Assembly: GCA_019347775.1 (NCBI GenBank)
Contig: JAHWKP010000001.1
Location: 1-40,891, forward strand
DNA from: Actinomycetota bacterium
GTDB lineage: Bacteria; Actinomycetota; Acidimicrobiia; Acidimicrobiales; JAHWKP01
Reading direction: 5' to 3'
Length of the DNA: 40,891 nt
In this document: piece after piece, positions 19,252 through 30,515 of the stretch
Layout: each line of letters starts with the position of its first letter
Position numbering within the stretch: position 1 is the first letter of the stretch
Program-made: the position numbers and the translations under genes
Notes under the pieces: model-generated
What the model saw: the letters and a program-made list of their open reading frames with translations, nothing else
What the model was told of the DNA's origin: nothing
Database searches by the model: none

Positions 19252-22023
19252 CTACGCGGGCGGCGGTGGCTGCTCGGGGTCCGGGCCGTTCTCGGCCGCC
19301 GACTTCTTGGCCGAGGCCGTCTTCGCCGCTGCCTTCTTCTTAGCCGGCGCCTTCTTGGGGCTGGCGGCCTTCTTCTTGGTGGCCTTCTTGGATGCTGCCT
19401 TCTTCTTGGTCGCCTTCTTCTTCTTCGACGGGCCAGCGGCGCGACGGTCGGCCAGCAATTCGGCGGCCCGCTCGATGGTTATCGATTCGACCTTGTCGCC
19501 GGTGCGCAGCGAGGCGTTGGTCTCGCCATCAGTGACGTAGGGGCCGAAGCGACCGTCCTTGACCACCACCGGGCTTCCGGTGGCCGGGTCTTCACCCAAC
19601 TCCTTGAGGGGCGCCGCGGCCGCGCCACGGCCTCTGCGCTTGGGTTGGGCCAGGACGCTCAGGGCTTCGTCCTGGGAGATAGAGAAGAGCTGTTCCTCGG
19701 ACTCGAGCGACCGGGTTTCCTTGCCACTCTTGATGTAGGGCCCGTAGCGGCCATTGGCGGCCACGATCTCTTCGCCAGTCGCCGGATCGGCCCCGACCGT
19801 GCGGGGCAGCGTCAGCAACCGGAGGGCGGTGTCGAGATCTATGCCTTCCACCGACATCGTCTTGAACAGCGAAGCGGTTTTGGGTTTGTCGCCACCGTCG
19901 ACTGCCTCGCCCAACTGGACGTACGGACCGAAACGCCCGTTACGGGCCAGTACAGGAAGCCCCGTTTCGGGATCGTTGCCCAGCACCCGCTCCTCGGAAC
20001 CGGTTTCGAGGATCTGCACCGCTCGTTCGACGGTCAGTTCGTCCGGCGCGAGGTCCTCGGGGATCGACGCTCGGTCTTCGCCGCGCTGGACGTAGGGCCC
20101 GTACTTGCCCACTCGGATGATTACCGGCTCGCCGTTTTCGTCGGCGCCGAGCGGGATGGAGTTCACCTCGCGGGCGTCGATCTCGTCGAGGCGCTGGCTC
20201 ACCGCCGCCTTGAGTCCGAGCTTGCCGTCGGCGTCGGAGCCGTTCGCCTCGCCGAAATAGAAACGGGTGAGATACGGAATGGCCTCCTGATCACCGGTGG
20301 CGATGTCGTCGAGGGTGTCCTCCATCGAAGCCGTGAAGCCGTAGTCGACCAGGTTGGCGAAGTGGTGCTCCAGCAGCCCGATCACCGAGAACGCGGTGAA
20401 TGAGGGAACCAGGGCGGAGCCCTTCTTCCAGACGTAGCCCCGGTCTTGAATAGTGCCGATGATGGAGGCATAGGTCGACGGCCGTCCGACCCCCAGCTCC
20501 TCCAGAGCCTTCACCAGGGACGCCTCGGTGTAACGCGCCGGGGGTTGGGTCTCGTGCCCCGCCGGTTCGAGCGACTCAGCCGCAACCCGGTCACCCTCGG
20601 AAAGAGGTGGCAGCCGGACTTCCTGGTCGCCGAGCTCGGAGGAGGGGTCGTCGGAGCCCTCGACATAAGCCCGGAGGAAACCCGGGAAGGAGATGACCCG
20701 TCCGTTGGAGGCGAACTCGGTCTCCCGGCCCGACGCCGAGACCGCTCCGAGGCGCACCGCGACGGACTGTCCCCGGGCATCGGCCATCTGGGACGCGACC
20801 GTCCTCTTCCAGACCAGCTCATAGAGCCGGGCTTCATCGGGGCCCACCTCCCGGGCGACAGCGTCGGGAAGCCGGAAGTCGTCGCCCGCGGGACGGATGG
20901 CCTCGTGAGCCTCCTGGGCGTTCTTCACCTTCTTCTCGTAGCGGCGGGGCTTGTCGGGCACGTAGTCCTCTCCGTAGAGAGAGGTCGCCTGGCGACGGGC
21001 CGCCGACAGCGCCGTGTCCGAAAGCGTGGTGGAGTCCGTACGCATATACGTGATGTATCCGGCTTCGTAGAGCCGCTGGGCGACCTGCATGGTGCGTTGC
21101 GATCCGAAGCGCAGCTTGCGGCCGGCCTCCTGTTGCAGCGTCGACGTCATGAACGGCGCTGCCGGCTTGCGGGCCCACGGCTTCTCCTCGACCGATTTGA
21201 CCGAGAACGACGAGTCGGCCAGATCGCCGGCCAGTTCACGGGCGCCCCGCTCGTCGAGCACGACCACGTCTTCGCGCTTGAGCGCTCCGAGTTCGTCGAA
21301 GTCGCGGCCCGTGGCGAGCCGCTCACCGTCGACCGACACCAAAGTGCCCTTGAAGGTGGGATTGTCAACCGAGTCGGCGATAGCCCTGAAAGCTCCCTCG
21401 ATATCCCACCATCCGGCAGAGCGGAAGCGCATCCGCTCCCGTTCGCGCTCCACCACCAAGCGGGTGGCGACGCTCTGCACCCGTCCGGCCGACAGCTTCG
21501 GTGCGACCTTGCGCCACAGGACTGGAGAGACCTCGTAGCCGTAGAGACGGTCGAGTATCCGCCGAGCTTCCTGGGCATCGACGAGGCGCCGGTCGAGGTC
21601 TCTCGACTCGTCGATGGCGCGCTCGATGGCAGCGCGGGTGATCTCGTGGAACACCATCCGTTTGACCGGCACAGTCGGGCTCAACACCTCGAGCAGGTGC
21701 CACGCGATCGATTCGCCCTCACGGTCTTCGTCGGTTGCCAGATAGATCTCGCTGGCGTCCTTCATTAGCGACTTGAGCTTCTTCACCTGGTCGCGCTTTT
21801 TGGCACTGACGATGTAGATCGGCTTGAAGTCGTTGTCGACATCAACGGCGAGTCCGGACTTCGCCCATGGCTCACTCTTGTAGGCGGCGGGCACCTCGGA
21901 AGCTCCGCGGGGCAGGTCACGCACGTGGCCAAAGGAGGACTCGACGACGTAATCGGATCCGAGAAAGCCCGCGATGGTGCGCGCCTTCGCGGGCGACTCG
22001 ACGATTACGAGGGGCTTGGCCAT
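19252..22023 (-). CDS. topA: DNA topoisomerase I with Lys-rich C-terminal tail
   Basis: ATG at 22023 gives MAKPLVIVESPAKARTI (Toprim). Also present are DEDREGE and the active-site region GYITYMRTDS. The C-terminus has repeated GRFGPYV modules and a KKKKATKKKAASKK tail. The 51 codons upstream in the track are Arg-rich junk. Confidence 0.96.
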   Translation of the reverse strand: MAKPLVIVESPAKARTIAGFLGSDYVVESSFGHVRDLPRGASEVPAAYKSEPWAKSGLAVDVDNDFKPIYIVSAKKRDQVKKLKSLMKDASEIYLATDEDREGESIAWHLLEVLSPTVPVKRMVFHEITRAAIERAIDESRDLDRRLVDAQEARRILDRLYGYEVSPVLWRKVAPKLSAGRVQSVATRLVVERERERMRFRSAGWWDIEGAFRAIADSVDNPTFKGTLVSVDGERLATGRDFDELGALKREDVVVLDERGARELAGDLADSSFSVKSVEEKPWARKPAAPFMTSTLQQEAGRKLRFGSQRTMQVAQRLYEAGYITYMRTDSTTLSDTALSAARRQATSLYGEDYVPDKPRRYEKKVKNAQEAHEAIRPAGDDFRLPDAVAREVGPDEARLYELVWKRTVASQMADARGQSVAVRLGAVSASGRETEFASNGRVISFPGFLRAYVEGSDDPSSELGDQEVRLPPLSEGDRVAAESLEPAGHETQPPARYTEASLVKALEELGVGRPSTYASIIGTIQDRGYVWKKGSALVPSFTAFSVIGLLEHHFANLVDYGFTASMEDTLDDIATGDQEAIPYLTRFYFGEANGSDADGKLGLKAAVSQRLDEIDAREVNSIPLGADENGEPVIIRVGKYGPYVQRGEDRASIPEDLAPDELTVERAVQILETGSEERVLGNDPETGLPVLARNGRFGPYVQLGEAVDGGDKPKTASLFKTMSVEGIDLDTALRLLTLPRTVGADPATGEEIVAANGRYGPYIKSGKETRSLESEEQLFSISQDEALSVLAQPKRRGRGAAAAPLKELGEDPATGSPVVVKDGRFGPYVTDGETNASLRTGDKVESITIERAAELLADRRAAGPSKKKKATKKKAASKKATKKKAASPKKAPAKKKAAAKTASAKKSAAENGPDPEQPPPPA

Positions 22024-22082
22024 TGGGGCGACAGAGTGAGCGCTTAAGTACGGCCGTGTCAAGCGGGCCGCTCGGCGTGGAG

Positions 22083-22709
22083 CTAGGCGCGCTGCCTGCG
22101 GCGATGGGCCAGCCACTCGTGGCCGACGGGGATCAGCGATACGAAAATGACGACGGCGACCATGGGTAGCAACCACTTTTCGGCGTCGGGAATCGTTTCG
22201 CCGACGAGGTAGCCGAGCAGTGTGACGCCGACTGCCCAGAGCAACGCGCCCAGCACGTTGAACACGACAAATGTGCGATACGGCATCTGGGCCGCGCCGG
22301 CGACGATGGGAGCGAAAGTACGGACAATCGGCACGAAACGGGCGATGACGATGGTCTTCGATCCGTGATGCTCGAAATACGACTTCGCCCGGTCGAGGTG
22401 CTGGCGCTTGAACAATCGGGAGTCGGGACGGCGGAAGAGCGGGGGCCCGGTGATCCGACCGAATGAATAGCCGACCTGGTCGCCTGCCACGGCGGCGACG
22501 AATAGACCGACGAGAAGGAATGGCAACGGGAGAGTGAGCACACCCTGTGAAGTCAGCAGCCCCGCGACGAAGAGAAGCGAGTCGCCTGGCAGGAAGAACC
22601 CGAAGAACAAACCGGACTCGGCAAAGACGATGAGGAAGAGGCCGATGATCCCGAAAGCCTCGATCAACCCCCTCGGCTCCGGCAACGGAATCCCAAGCAG
22701 GGCGAGCAC
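22083..22709 (-). CDS. dedA: DedA/SNARE-associated family membrane protein
   Basis: FAESGLFFGFFLPGDSLLF and FVPIVRTFAP motifs are present. The start is trimmed to GTG 22709 (or TTG 22715), just after the hppA stop at 22717-22719. Confidence 0.8.
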   Translation of the reverse strand: MLALLGIPLPEPRGLIEAFGIIGLFLIVFAESGLFFGFFLPGDSLLFVAGLLTSQGVLTLPLPFLLVGLFVAAVAGDQVGYSFGRITGPPLFRRPDSRLFKRQHLDRAKSYFEHHGSKTIVIARFVPIVRTFAPIVAGAAQMPYRTFVVFNVLGALLWAVGVTLLGYLVGETIPDAEKWLLPMVAVVIFVSLIPVGHEWLAHRRRQRA

Positions 22710-22716
22710 GCTCAAC

Positions 22717-25064
<2,348 letters not shown>

Positions 25065-25068
<4 letters not shown>

Positions 25069-25811
25069 GCTCTTGTTCTCTCTTTCTTGTGGGTTCTCTT
25101 GCTCTTTTGGTCTGCGTCAGGCTCGGAACTCTTCGGCTCCGGCCGTACGAAGATCTGGCGGGCGATCTTTTCGCCCACGGTGCGGTCCTTGCCGTCGACG
25201 CTGACGACAACGGGCCCGTCGAACGGGTGCTTTTCTCGGATCTCGATCCGCACGCCGGGGCGAAGACCGAGGGTCGCGAGGAATTCAACTACGTCCGCGT
25301 CGGTCGAGCCCGGAACGGCGACCGTGGCAACGTCGCCTGCCTCTAGGTCGTACAGCGGCGGCATCTCCGGCAGATCGGCGAGTTCAGCGGTTGGAATCGG
25401 GAAGCCGTGGGGGCACGTCGCGGGCCGGTCGAGAGCCACGAACATACGGTCCTCCACCTCCTGAGGCAGGTCGTGCTCGAAACTCCCGGCCAGGCGGTCA
25501 GCCTCGTTCCAGGCGTAACCGAGCATGTCGGAGAGGAACCTCTCCACGATGCGGTGCCTACGGATGGCCGAGATCGCGGCCCGCCGGCCCTCGACCGTCA
25601 GTTCCACGCCACGGTAGGGGCGGTGCACTGCCAGATCCCGGTCGGCCAGGCGCTTGACCGTGGCGGTGACTGTGCCGGGACTGACGCCTAGCGCCTCGGC
25701 CAGATCACCGGTGTGGATCGCTGGGGCTTCGGCCACGGGCGCGGCGCGACTGAGCCGGTACATCGACTTGAGCGTCTCGCGCTCTGAACGGGTGAGTTCG
25801 GCTAGCTGCAT
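25065..25811 (-). CDS. DtxR/IdeR/MntR-family metal-dependent transcriptional regulator with a C-terminal FeoA/SH3-like domain and a short basic tail
   Basis: Has a winged HTH (LAEALGVSPGTVTATVKRLADRDL), the dimerisation/metal region RHRIVERFL and CPHG, and a C-terminal beta domain. Its stop forms an ATGA overlap with the hppA start. Confidence 0.85.
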
Positions 25812-25856
25812 TTTTGGCGGTACGCAACTTAGTTTTCAGACTGCCAAAAAGCAAAT
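25811..25856 (-). promoter_or_regulatory. AT-rich 45-nt intergenic segment with an imperfect inverted repeat and a candidate promoter for dtxR-hppA
   Basis: TTTTTGGCGGT (25811-25821) and ACTGCCAAAAA (25840-25850) are 11-nt arms with 1 mismatch, spaced 18 nt apart. On the minus strand I read TTTGCT (25855-25850), an 18-nt spacer, then TAAGTT (25831-25826). This is the only strongly AT-rich patch in this part of the window. Confidence 0.3.
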
Positions 25857-27776
25857 TTAGGGCGTCATGGTCCCGGCCTTGTCGGCATCGCCGCCCGGTG
25901 CGGCGTAATCGACATGGAACGGCACGGAGGTCACGACGGTGTTGGGGCGATAGAGCAGGGCCAACTTCAGGGCGAGGGCGGATTGATTGTGCAGCACGTT
26001 TTCGAAGAGCCACTTGCCCGCCACGCCCTTGCCGAGGACGAACTCGGGGATAACGACCGTCACCGTGTCGTTGGTCCAGCGCTGGTCGATCTCTTCGAGG
26101 AACCGCTCGACCGGCTCGACCAGCTCCCGGTAAGGCGAACCCTTGATCTCCAGCGGCACCGCAATGCCGAAAGCCTCCCACTGAGCCTGGATGGCCTCCC
26201 GGTCAGCCTCTTCCTGCGCGATGTAGAGGGCCATGATGTGGTTCGGCCGTAGCGAGCTGGCGTAGTCGAGCGCTTTCAGGGCCCGCCGGTCGATCCGCCC
26301 CACCAGGACTACGACGGTGTGGTTGAGAGGCTCGGGCTTCACTTCCTCCGGAGTGATCGCCAATGCCGCATCTACGCGGTCGTAATGGCGGCGGATCGCC
26401 AAGAAGACGCTGATGATCGACGGGACCACTACTAACGGCACCCACGCTCCGCTGGTGAACTTGGTGACGGCGACGACTAACAGCACTCCGGAAGTGACAA
26501 CCGCGCCAAAGCCGCTGACCGTCGCTCTGAGTTGCCACCCGGGCCGGCGCCACTTTCGCTGGTATCGCACCATCCCCGCCTGGCTGAAGGTGAACGACGT
26601 GAATACGCCGACGGCGTAGAGCGGGATCAGCGCGTTAGTCCGACCGCCGAACCCGGTAATAAGCGTTCCGGCCCCAAGGCCGAGAATGACGATCCCGTTG
26701 GAGAACACCAGCCGATCTCCTCGGTTGGCGAGCTGCCTCGGCAGAAACCCGTCTCGGGCGATTATCGAGGCCACACGAGGAAAATCCGCAAAGGCGGTAT
26801 TGGCGGCGAGCACGAGGATCCCGGCCGTCGCCAACTGGAAGACCAGGTACAGCGCCCCTTGTCCGAAGACGGCGTCGGCCATCTGGGAGAGCACGGTTTC
26901 TTCGTGACTCGGGTAGGGGCGGAGCCGATTGGCCAAAAGCGCCGTTCCGAAAAAGAGGGTGCCGAGTATCACGGCCATGATCGTGAGCGTGATGGCTGCG
27001 TTCTTCGACTCGGGCTTGCGAAACACGGGCACGCCGTCCGCCATGGCCTCGATGCCGGTCAACGCGACCGCCCCCGAGGAGAACCCCTTGAGAATAAGGA
27101 AAAGCCCGAGTTCGCCGCCAAAGACGCTCATGCCCTCGAACCGCTCTGGGTCAAGGGGAACGTCGGGGACGGGGGTCCCCAGGAATTCTCTCGCCAGCCC
27201 GTAGAAGACGAGCCCGGACAGCAGTAGGACGTAGCTATAGGTCGGTGCGGCGAACACCGCCCCCGACTCACGGACGCCCCGCAGATTCGCGAGACCGATG
27301 ATGGACAGAAGAATGAGGGCGATGCCGACTCGGTTGTCGCCCAGATGTCTGAAGGTGGGAATCGATACGAGGGCGGCAACGCCGGCCGACACCGACACCG
27401 CGACGGTGAGGGTGTAGTCCACCAACAGCGCAGCGCCGGCGACCAAAGACGGGTTTCTCCCGAGGTTCTCGCGGCTGACGACGTAGGAGCCTCCGCCGGT
27501 CGGATAGGCATGGATCGTCTGGCGGTACGACGTGACCACTATCGCAAGCAGGATCGCCACAGCCAGTGCGATCGGCACGAGCGCCGACAGCCCCAGCGCC
27601 AGGCTCGATGCGCCGACCGCGGTGACAAACAGAATTTCTTCGGAGGCGTAGGCGGTCGACGAGAGCGCGTCGGAGGAGAAGACCGGCAGCGCCAGGGTCT
27701 TCGGCAGACGCTGATGCTCGAGTTCGGCGGTCGACAGCGGACGCCCCACGAGGAACCGTTTCACGGCCGAATACAC
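25857..27776 (-). CDS. APC-superfamily permease with a ~170-aa cytoplasmic C-terminal domain
   Basis: 639 aa. The N-terminus FLVGRPLSTAELEHQRLPKTLALPVFSSDALSSTAYA is typical of the actinobacterial APC permeases found next to trkA genes. About 12 TM segments are followed by a soluble alpha/beta-looking tail. Confidence 0.8.
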   Translation of the reverse strand: MYSAVKRFLVGRPLSTAELEHQRLPKTLALPVFSSDALSSTAYASEEILFVTAVGASSLALGLSALVPIALAVAILLAIVVTSYRQTIHAYPTGGGSYVVSRENLGRNPSLVAGAALLVDYTLTVAVSVSAGVAALVSIPTFRHLGDNRVGIALILLSIIGLANLRGVRESGAVFAAPTYSYVLLLSGLVFYGLAREFLGTPVPDVPLDPERFEGMSVFGGELGLFLILKGFSSGAVALTGIEAMADGVPVFRKPESKNAAITLTIMAVILGTLFFGTALLANRLRPYPSHEETVLSQMADAVFGQGALYLVFQLATAGILVLAANTAFADFPRVASIIARDGFLPRQLANRGDRLVFSNGIVILGLGAGTLITGFGGRTNALIPLYAVGVFTSFTFSQAGMVRYQRKWRRPGWQLRATVSGFGAVVTSGVLLVVAVTKFTSGAWVPLVVVPSIISVFLAIRRHYDRVDAALAITPEEVKPEPLNHTVVVLVGRIDRRALKALDYASSLRPNHIMALYIAQEEADREAIQAQWEAFGIAVPLEIKGSPYRELVEPVERFLEEIDQRWTNDTVTVVIPEFVLGKGVAGKWLFENVLHNQSALALKLALLYRPNTVVTSVPFHVDYAAPGGDADKAGTMTP

Positions 27777-27823
27777 GCGGCAAAGCTACGCCGTTGGCTC
27801 TTCGCGCAAGCGCTCATCGCTGT

Positions 27824-27850
27824 GCGGGCGGGGACCCCACCCCCGCCCGC
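27824..27850 (+). other. GC-only hairpin in the divergent permease/trkA intergenic region
   Basis: GCGGGCGGGG (27824-27833), a 7-nt loop ACCCCAC, then CCCCGCCCGC (27841-27850). This is a perfect 10-bp stem, 38 nt upstream of the trkA ATG. Confidence 0.5.
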
Positions 27851-27887
27851 GTTCTGAACAATCGCCGCGTCACTACGCTCGACCTCC

Positions 27888-28550
27888 GTGCATTCGATCG
27901 TGGTGGGTTGTGGGCGCTTGGGCTCCGAGCTGGCAGTGGCCCTCGAAGCGGGTGGTCACACCGTGTCGATCATCGACAAGCGCAAGACCTCGTTCCAGCG
28001 ATACCTACCCGAGCACTGGACTGGGCGCGCCGTAGTGGGCTTCGGATTCGACCGCGACGCGCTGGATCAGGCCGGGATCAAAGAGGCCTCCGCAGTTGCC
28101 GCCGTCACGGGCGGCGACAACTCGAACATCCTCGCCGCCCGCATCGCCAAGGAGACCTTCCAGATCCCCAACGTCGTGGCCCGAATCCAGGATCCCCGGC
28201 GGGCGGTGCTCTACCAGCAGCTGGGCATTCAGACCGTGGCCACCGTCAGCTGGGCCACCGAGCAGGTGATGCGGCGGCTCTTTCCCTCCGAATCGGTGGC
28301 CGAATGGACCGACGCCACCGGCGCTCTGAAGCTCGTGGAGCGGGCTATCCCCGAGGCCTGGGCCGGGCGGAAGCTGGCCGAACTCGGCGAGGCGGGACGG
28401 TTTCGGCTCGTAGGCCTTACCCGCGGCGGCGAGGCACGGCTCACCGGCCCCGACGCCATGGGCCAGGAGGGCGACCGCCTGCACCTGATGGTCACCGCCG
28501 ACGCCCAAGACGATCTCGACGAACGCCTCGCCTCCGGACCCAGCTCGTGA
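27888..28550 (+). CDS. trkA: TrkA-family potassium uptake protein (RCK N+C domains)
   Basis: 220 aa. The N-terminus MHSIVVGCGRLGSELA carries GxGxxG, and a C-terminal RCK_C-like domain follows. Confidence 0.9.
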   Translation: MHSIVVGCGRLGSELAVALEAGGHTVSIIDKRKTSFQRYLPEHWTGRAVVGFGFDRDALDQAGIKEASAVAAVTGGDNSNILAARIAKETFQIPNVVARIQDPRRAVLYQQLGIQTVATVSWATEQVMRRLFPSESVAEWTDATGALKLVERAIPEAWAGRKLAELGEAGRFRLVGLTRGGEARLTGPDAMGQEGDRLHLMVTADAQDDLDERLASGPSS

Positions 28551-29260
28551 AAGTTGCGGTTGCCGGCGCGGGCAACGTCGGCGTTTATATCGCCAAGGAT
28601 CTGCACGAGGCCGGGCACGAGGTAGTGGTACTCGAGCAGGATTCGGCGCTCGTCGCGAAGCTGCTGCCCCGCCTTCCGATGAAGATCCTCCACGCCGACG
28701 CATGCGAGGTCAACCGCCTGCAGGAGGCGCGGCTCGAGACCATGGATGTGGTCGTCGCCGCTACCGGCGACGACGAGGACAATCTGGTGATCTCCCTGCT
28801 CGCCAAGCAGGAGTTCGCGGTGCCCCGGGTCGTCGCGCGCGTCAACCACCCCGAGAACTACTGGCTGTTCAACGAAACTTGGGGCGTTGATCGTGCGGTC
28901 TCCACTCCGCACCTGCTGACCGCGCTCGTCGAGGAGGCCGTGTCGGTCGGATCGCTGGTTCGTCTCATGGAGTTCGGCGATGCTCGGCTGGTCGAGGTGA
29001 CGCTGGCGGTGGGATCGCCGGCAGCCGGAAAACAGATCTCAGCCCTGCAGCCGTTTCCCCGGGAAGCAACTGTGGTTGCGGTCGTGCGCGGGGAGCACGT
29101 GATCGTCCCGCGCGGCGACACCGTGATCCAGGCCGGCGACGAGGTGATGGTGCTGGTGACCTCGAATGCCTCCGAAGATCAGGTGAAGGAGGTTTTCATC
29201 GGGACGCAGCGTCAGGCGCCCGCTGATGCCCAGAAGCCAACGGAGCCCGCGGCCGGCTGA
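28547..29260 (+). CDS. trkA: Second TrkA-family potassium uptake protein
   Basis: The GTG at 28547 forms a GTGA overlap with the first trkA stop. It reads VKVAVAGAGNVGVYIAKDL (GxGxxG), and an RCK_C domain follows. The tracked ORF 27794..29260 has a spurious 250-aa N-terminal extension. Confidence 0.88.
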   Translation: MKVAVAGAGNVGVYIAKDLHEAGHEVVVLEQDSALVAKLLPRLPMKILHADACEVNRLQEARLETMDVVVAATGDDEDNLVISLLAKQEFAVPRVVARVNHPENYWLFNETWGVDRAVSTPHLLTALVEEAVSVGSLVRLMEFGDARLVEVTLAVGSPAAGKQISALQPFPREATVVAVVRGEHVIVPRGDTVIQAGDEVMVLVTSNASEDQVKEVFIGTQRQAPADAQKPTEPAAG

Positions 29261-29269
29261 CGCGGGCCT

Positions 29270-29632
29270 TCAGAGCAGCTCGTAGCGGGGGTTGAGGATC
29301 ACCAACCGAGCGGTGCGTCCCGACGGGTGGCCGCGTCCCGTAAGGACCAGGCGCCGGCCCTCATGGATGCCGGCGATGCGCTTACGCCCCGTCCACATGG
29401 CCACGACCGTCCCGGTGCCGTCGGTGACGGTGGCCTCCAGCCACGGTGAACCGTCCGGCTTCGGAACGATTCTCCAACTCTGGACCTCTCCCACCACGGT
29501 GGCCCGCTCCCTCGGCGCCACCTCACCGATGGGCTTCGCGTTCGGCACCGCAGAGCAGAACTCCCGCAGACGCTCGGCGTCGAGCTCGGCCGGCGTCGCC
29601 GTGAGCCGCTTGAACTTGTCCTTGAGAGCCAT
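29270..29632 (-). CDS. Small OB-fold domain protein
   Basis: 120 aa. The ATVVGEVQSWRIVPKPDGSPWLEATVTDGTGTVVAMWTGRKRIAG pattern resembles OB-fold (tRNA_anti-like) barrels seen next to trkA in actinobacteria. The assignment is from memory. Confidence 0.55.
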   Translation of the reverse strand: MALKDKFKRLTATPAELDAERLREFCSAVPNAKPIGEVAPRERATVVGEVQSWRIVPKPDGSPWLEATVTDGTGTVVAMWTGRKRIAGIHEGRRLVLTGRGHPSGRTARLVILNPRYELL

Positions 29633-29639
29633 GGGCGCT

Positions 29640-30065
29640 CTATTCCTCGGCGGGCCCGCAGTACATGACGAGGGTCACGACGGTGCCCTCGGCGGAGGGT
29701 TTGAAGTCGACTTCGTCGACCAGAGACCGGATCAGCGGGATCCCGAGCCCCCGCTCGAAGTTCAGACGCTCCGGGTCGGTCACCGGCGGGTGTTGCGGAA
29801 TGCTCGACGGGTCGAACCCGGGACCTCGATCGTTTACCGACACTTCGAGGCGATCATCGCCCTCGGCCCAGCGCACGATCACGCGGTCGGAAGTCGCCTT
29901 ACCGACATGGGCATCGATGGCGTTGGTGCAAGCCTCTGATACCGCGAGCTTCAGGTCGTCCACTCGATCGTCGGCGAGTTCCCGGCGGGTGGTCGCGAGG
30001 GACGAGACGAAAAGCCGGACGAGGCCGACGAATTCGGGCTCCGCCGGTATCTCCAACTCCACCAT
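29640..30065 (-). CDS. rsbW: Anti-sigma factor / serine kinase, RsbW/SpoIIAB-like (HATPase_c)
   Basis: 141 aa. Has an N-box (SEACTNAIDH), a G1 box (NDRGPGFD) and a G2 box (RGLGIPLI). Confidence 0.85.
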   Translation of the reverse strand: MVELEIPAEPEFVGLVRLFVSSLATTRRELADDRVDDLKLAVSEACTNAIDAHVGKATSDRVIVRWAEGDDRLEVSVNDRGPGFDPSSIPQHPPVTDPERLNFERGLGIPLIRSLVDEVDFKPSAEGTVVTLVMYCGPAEE

Positions 30066-30099
30066 CGGGGCGCCGTCTCCGGGAATTGGGTGCCTCCGC

Positions 30100-30435
30100 C
30101 TAACTGGCGGTGGCTGCGTCCACGCTGTCGTGGATCGAAAAGACCTTGGTCAATCCTGTGATCTCGAACACCTTCAGGATCCGCGACTGCGTCGAGACGA
30201 GCGACATCTCACCGTCGTTACTGCGAAGGCGCTTCAGCCCGCCGACCAGGACGCCCAGCCCGGTGGAATCGAGAAAGTCGACTCCTTCGAGGTCCACGAC
30301 AATGTTGCGCTTGCCCTCGGTCACGAGCTCCACAAGACGCTCCCGAAGCCGGGGCGCGGTGTAGACGTCGACCTCGCCTTTGACGGCCAGCACTGTGTGG
30401 CCGTTGCGCTCCTCTACTTCAAGGCCCAGGTCCAA
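30100..30435 (-). CDS. rsbV: STAS-domain anti-sigma-factor antagonist, RsbV/SpoIIAA-like
   Basis: 111 aa. [12 protein letters not shown] contains the phosphorylatable Ser context. Confidence 0.88.
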   Translation of the reverse strand: MDLGLEVEERNGHTVLAVKGEVDVYTAPRLRERLVELVTEGKRNIVVDLEGVDFLDSTGLGVLVGGLKRLRSNDGEMSLVSTQSRILKVFEITGLTKVFSIHDSVDAATAS

Positions 30436-30515
30436 CGCTTCTCACTTTCGACTCTCGGGCCCCCCGACCCGGGGGACAACCTAGCCGCGTCGATTATGAC
30501 CCAGCACGGATGCAG

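Noticed and set aside
22057-22062. A perfect TTGACA on the minus strand, 34 nt upstream of the topA ATG, as a -35 box.
   Set aside because: No TANNNT -10 hexamer occurs at 16-19 nt spacing. The nearby TACTTA and TAAGCG are mis-spaced or incomplete. A promoter call is therefore not supportable from sequence alone.
27777-27887. A c-di-AMP (ydaO-type) riboswitch upstream of trkA, suggested by the GGGGACCCCA string.
   Set aside because: The whole spacer is 111 nt and must hold two divergent promoters. I could not trace the pseudo-two-fold helices of the motif. It is kept only as a hairpin observation pending an Infernal scan.
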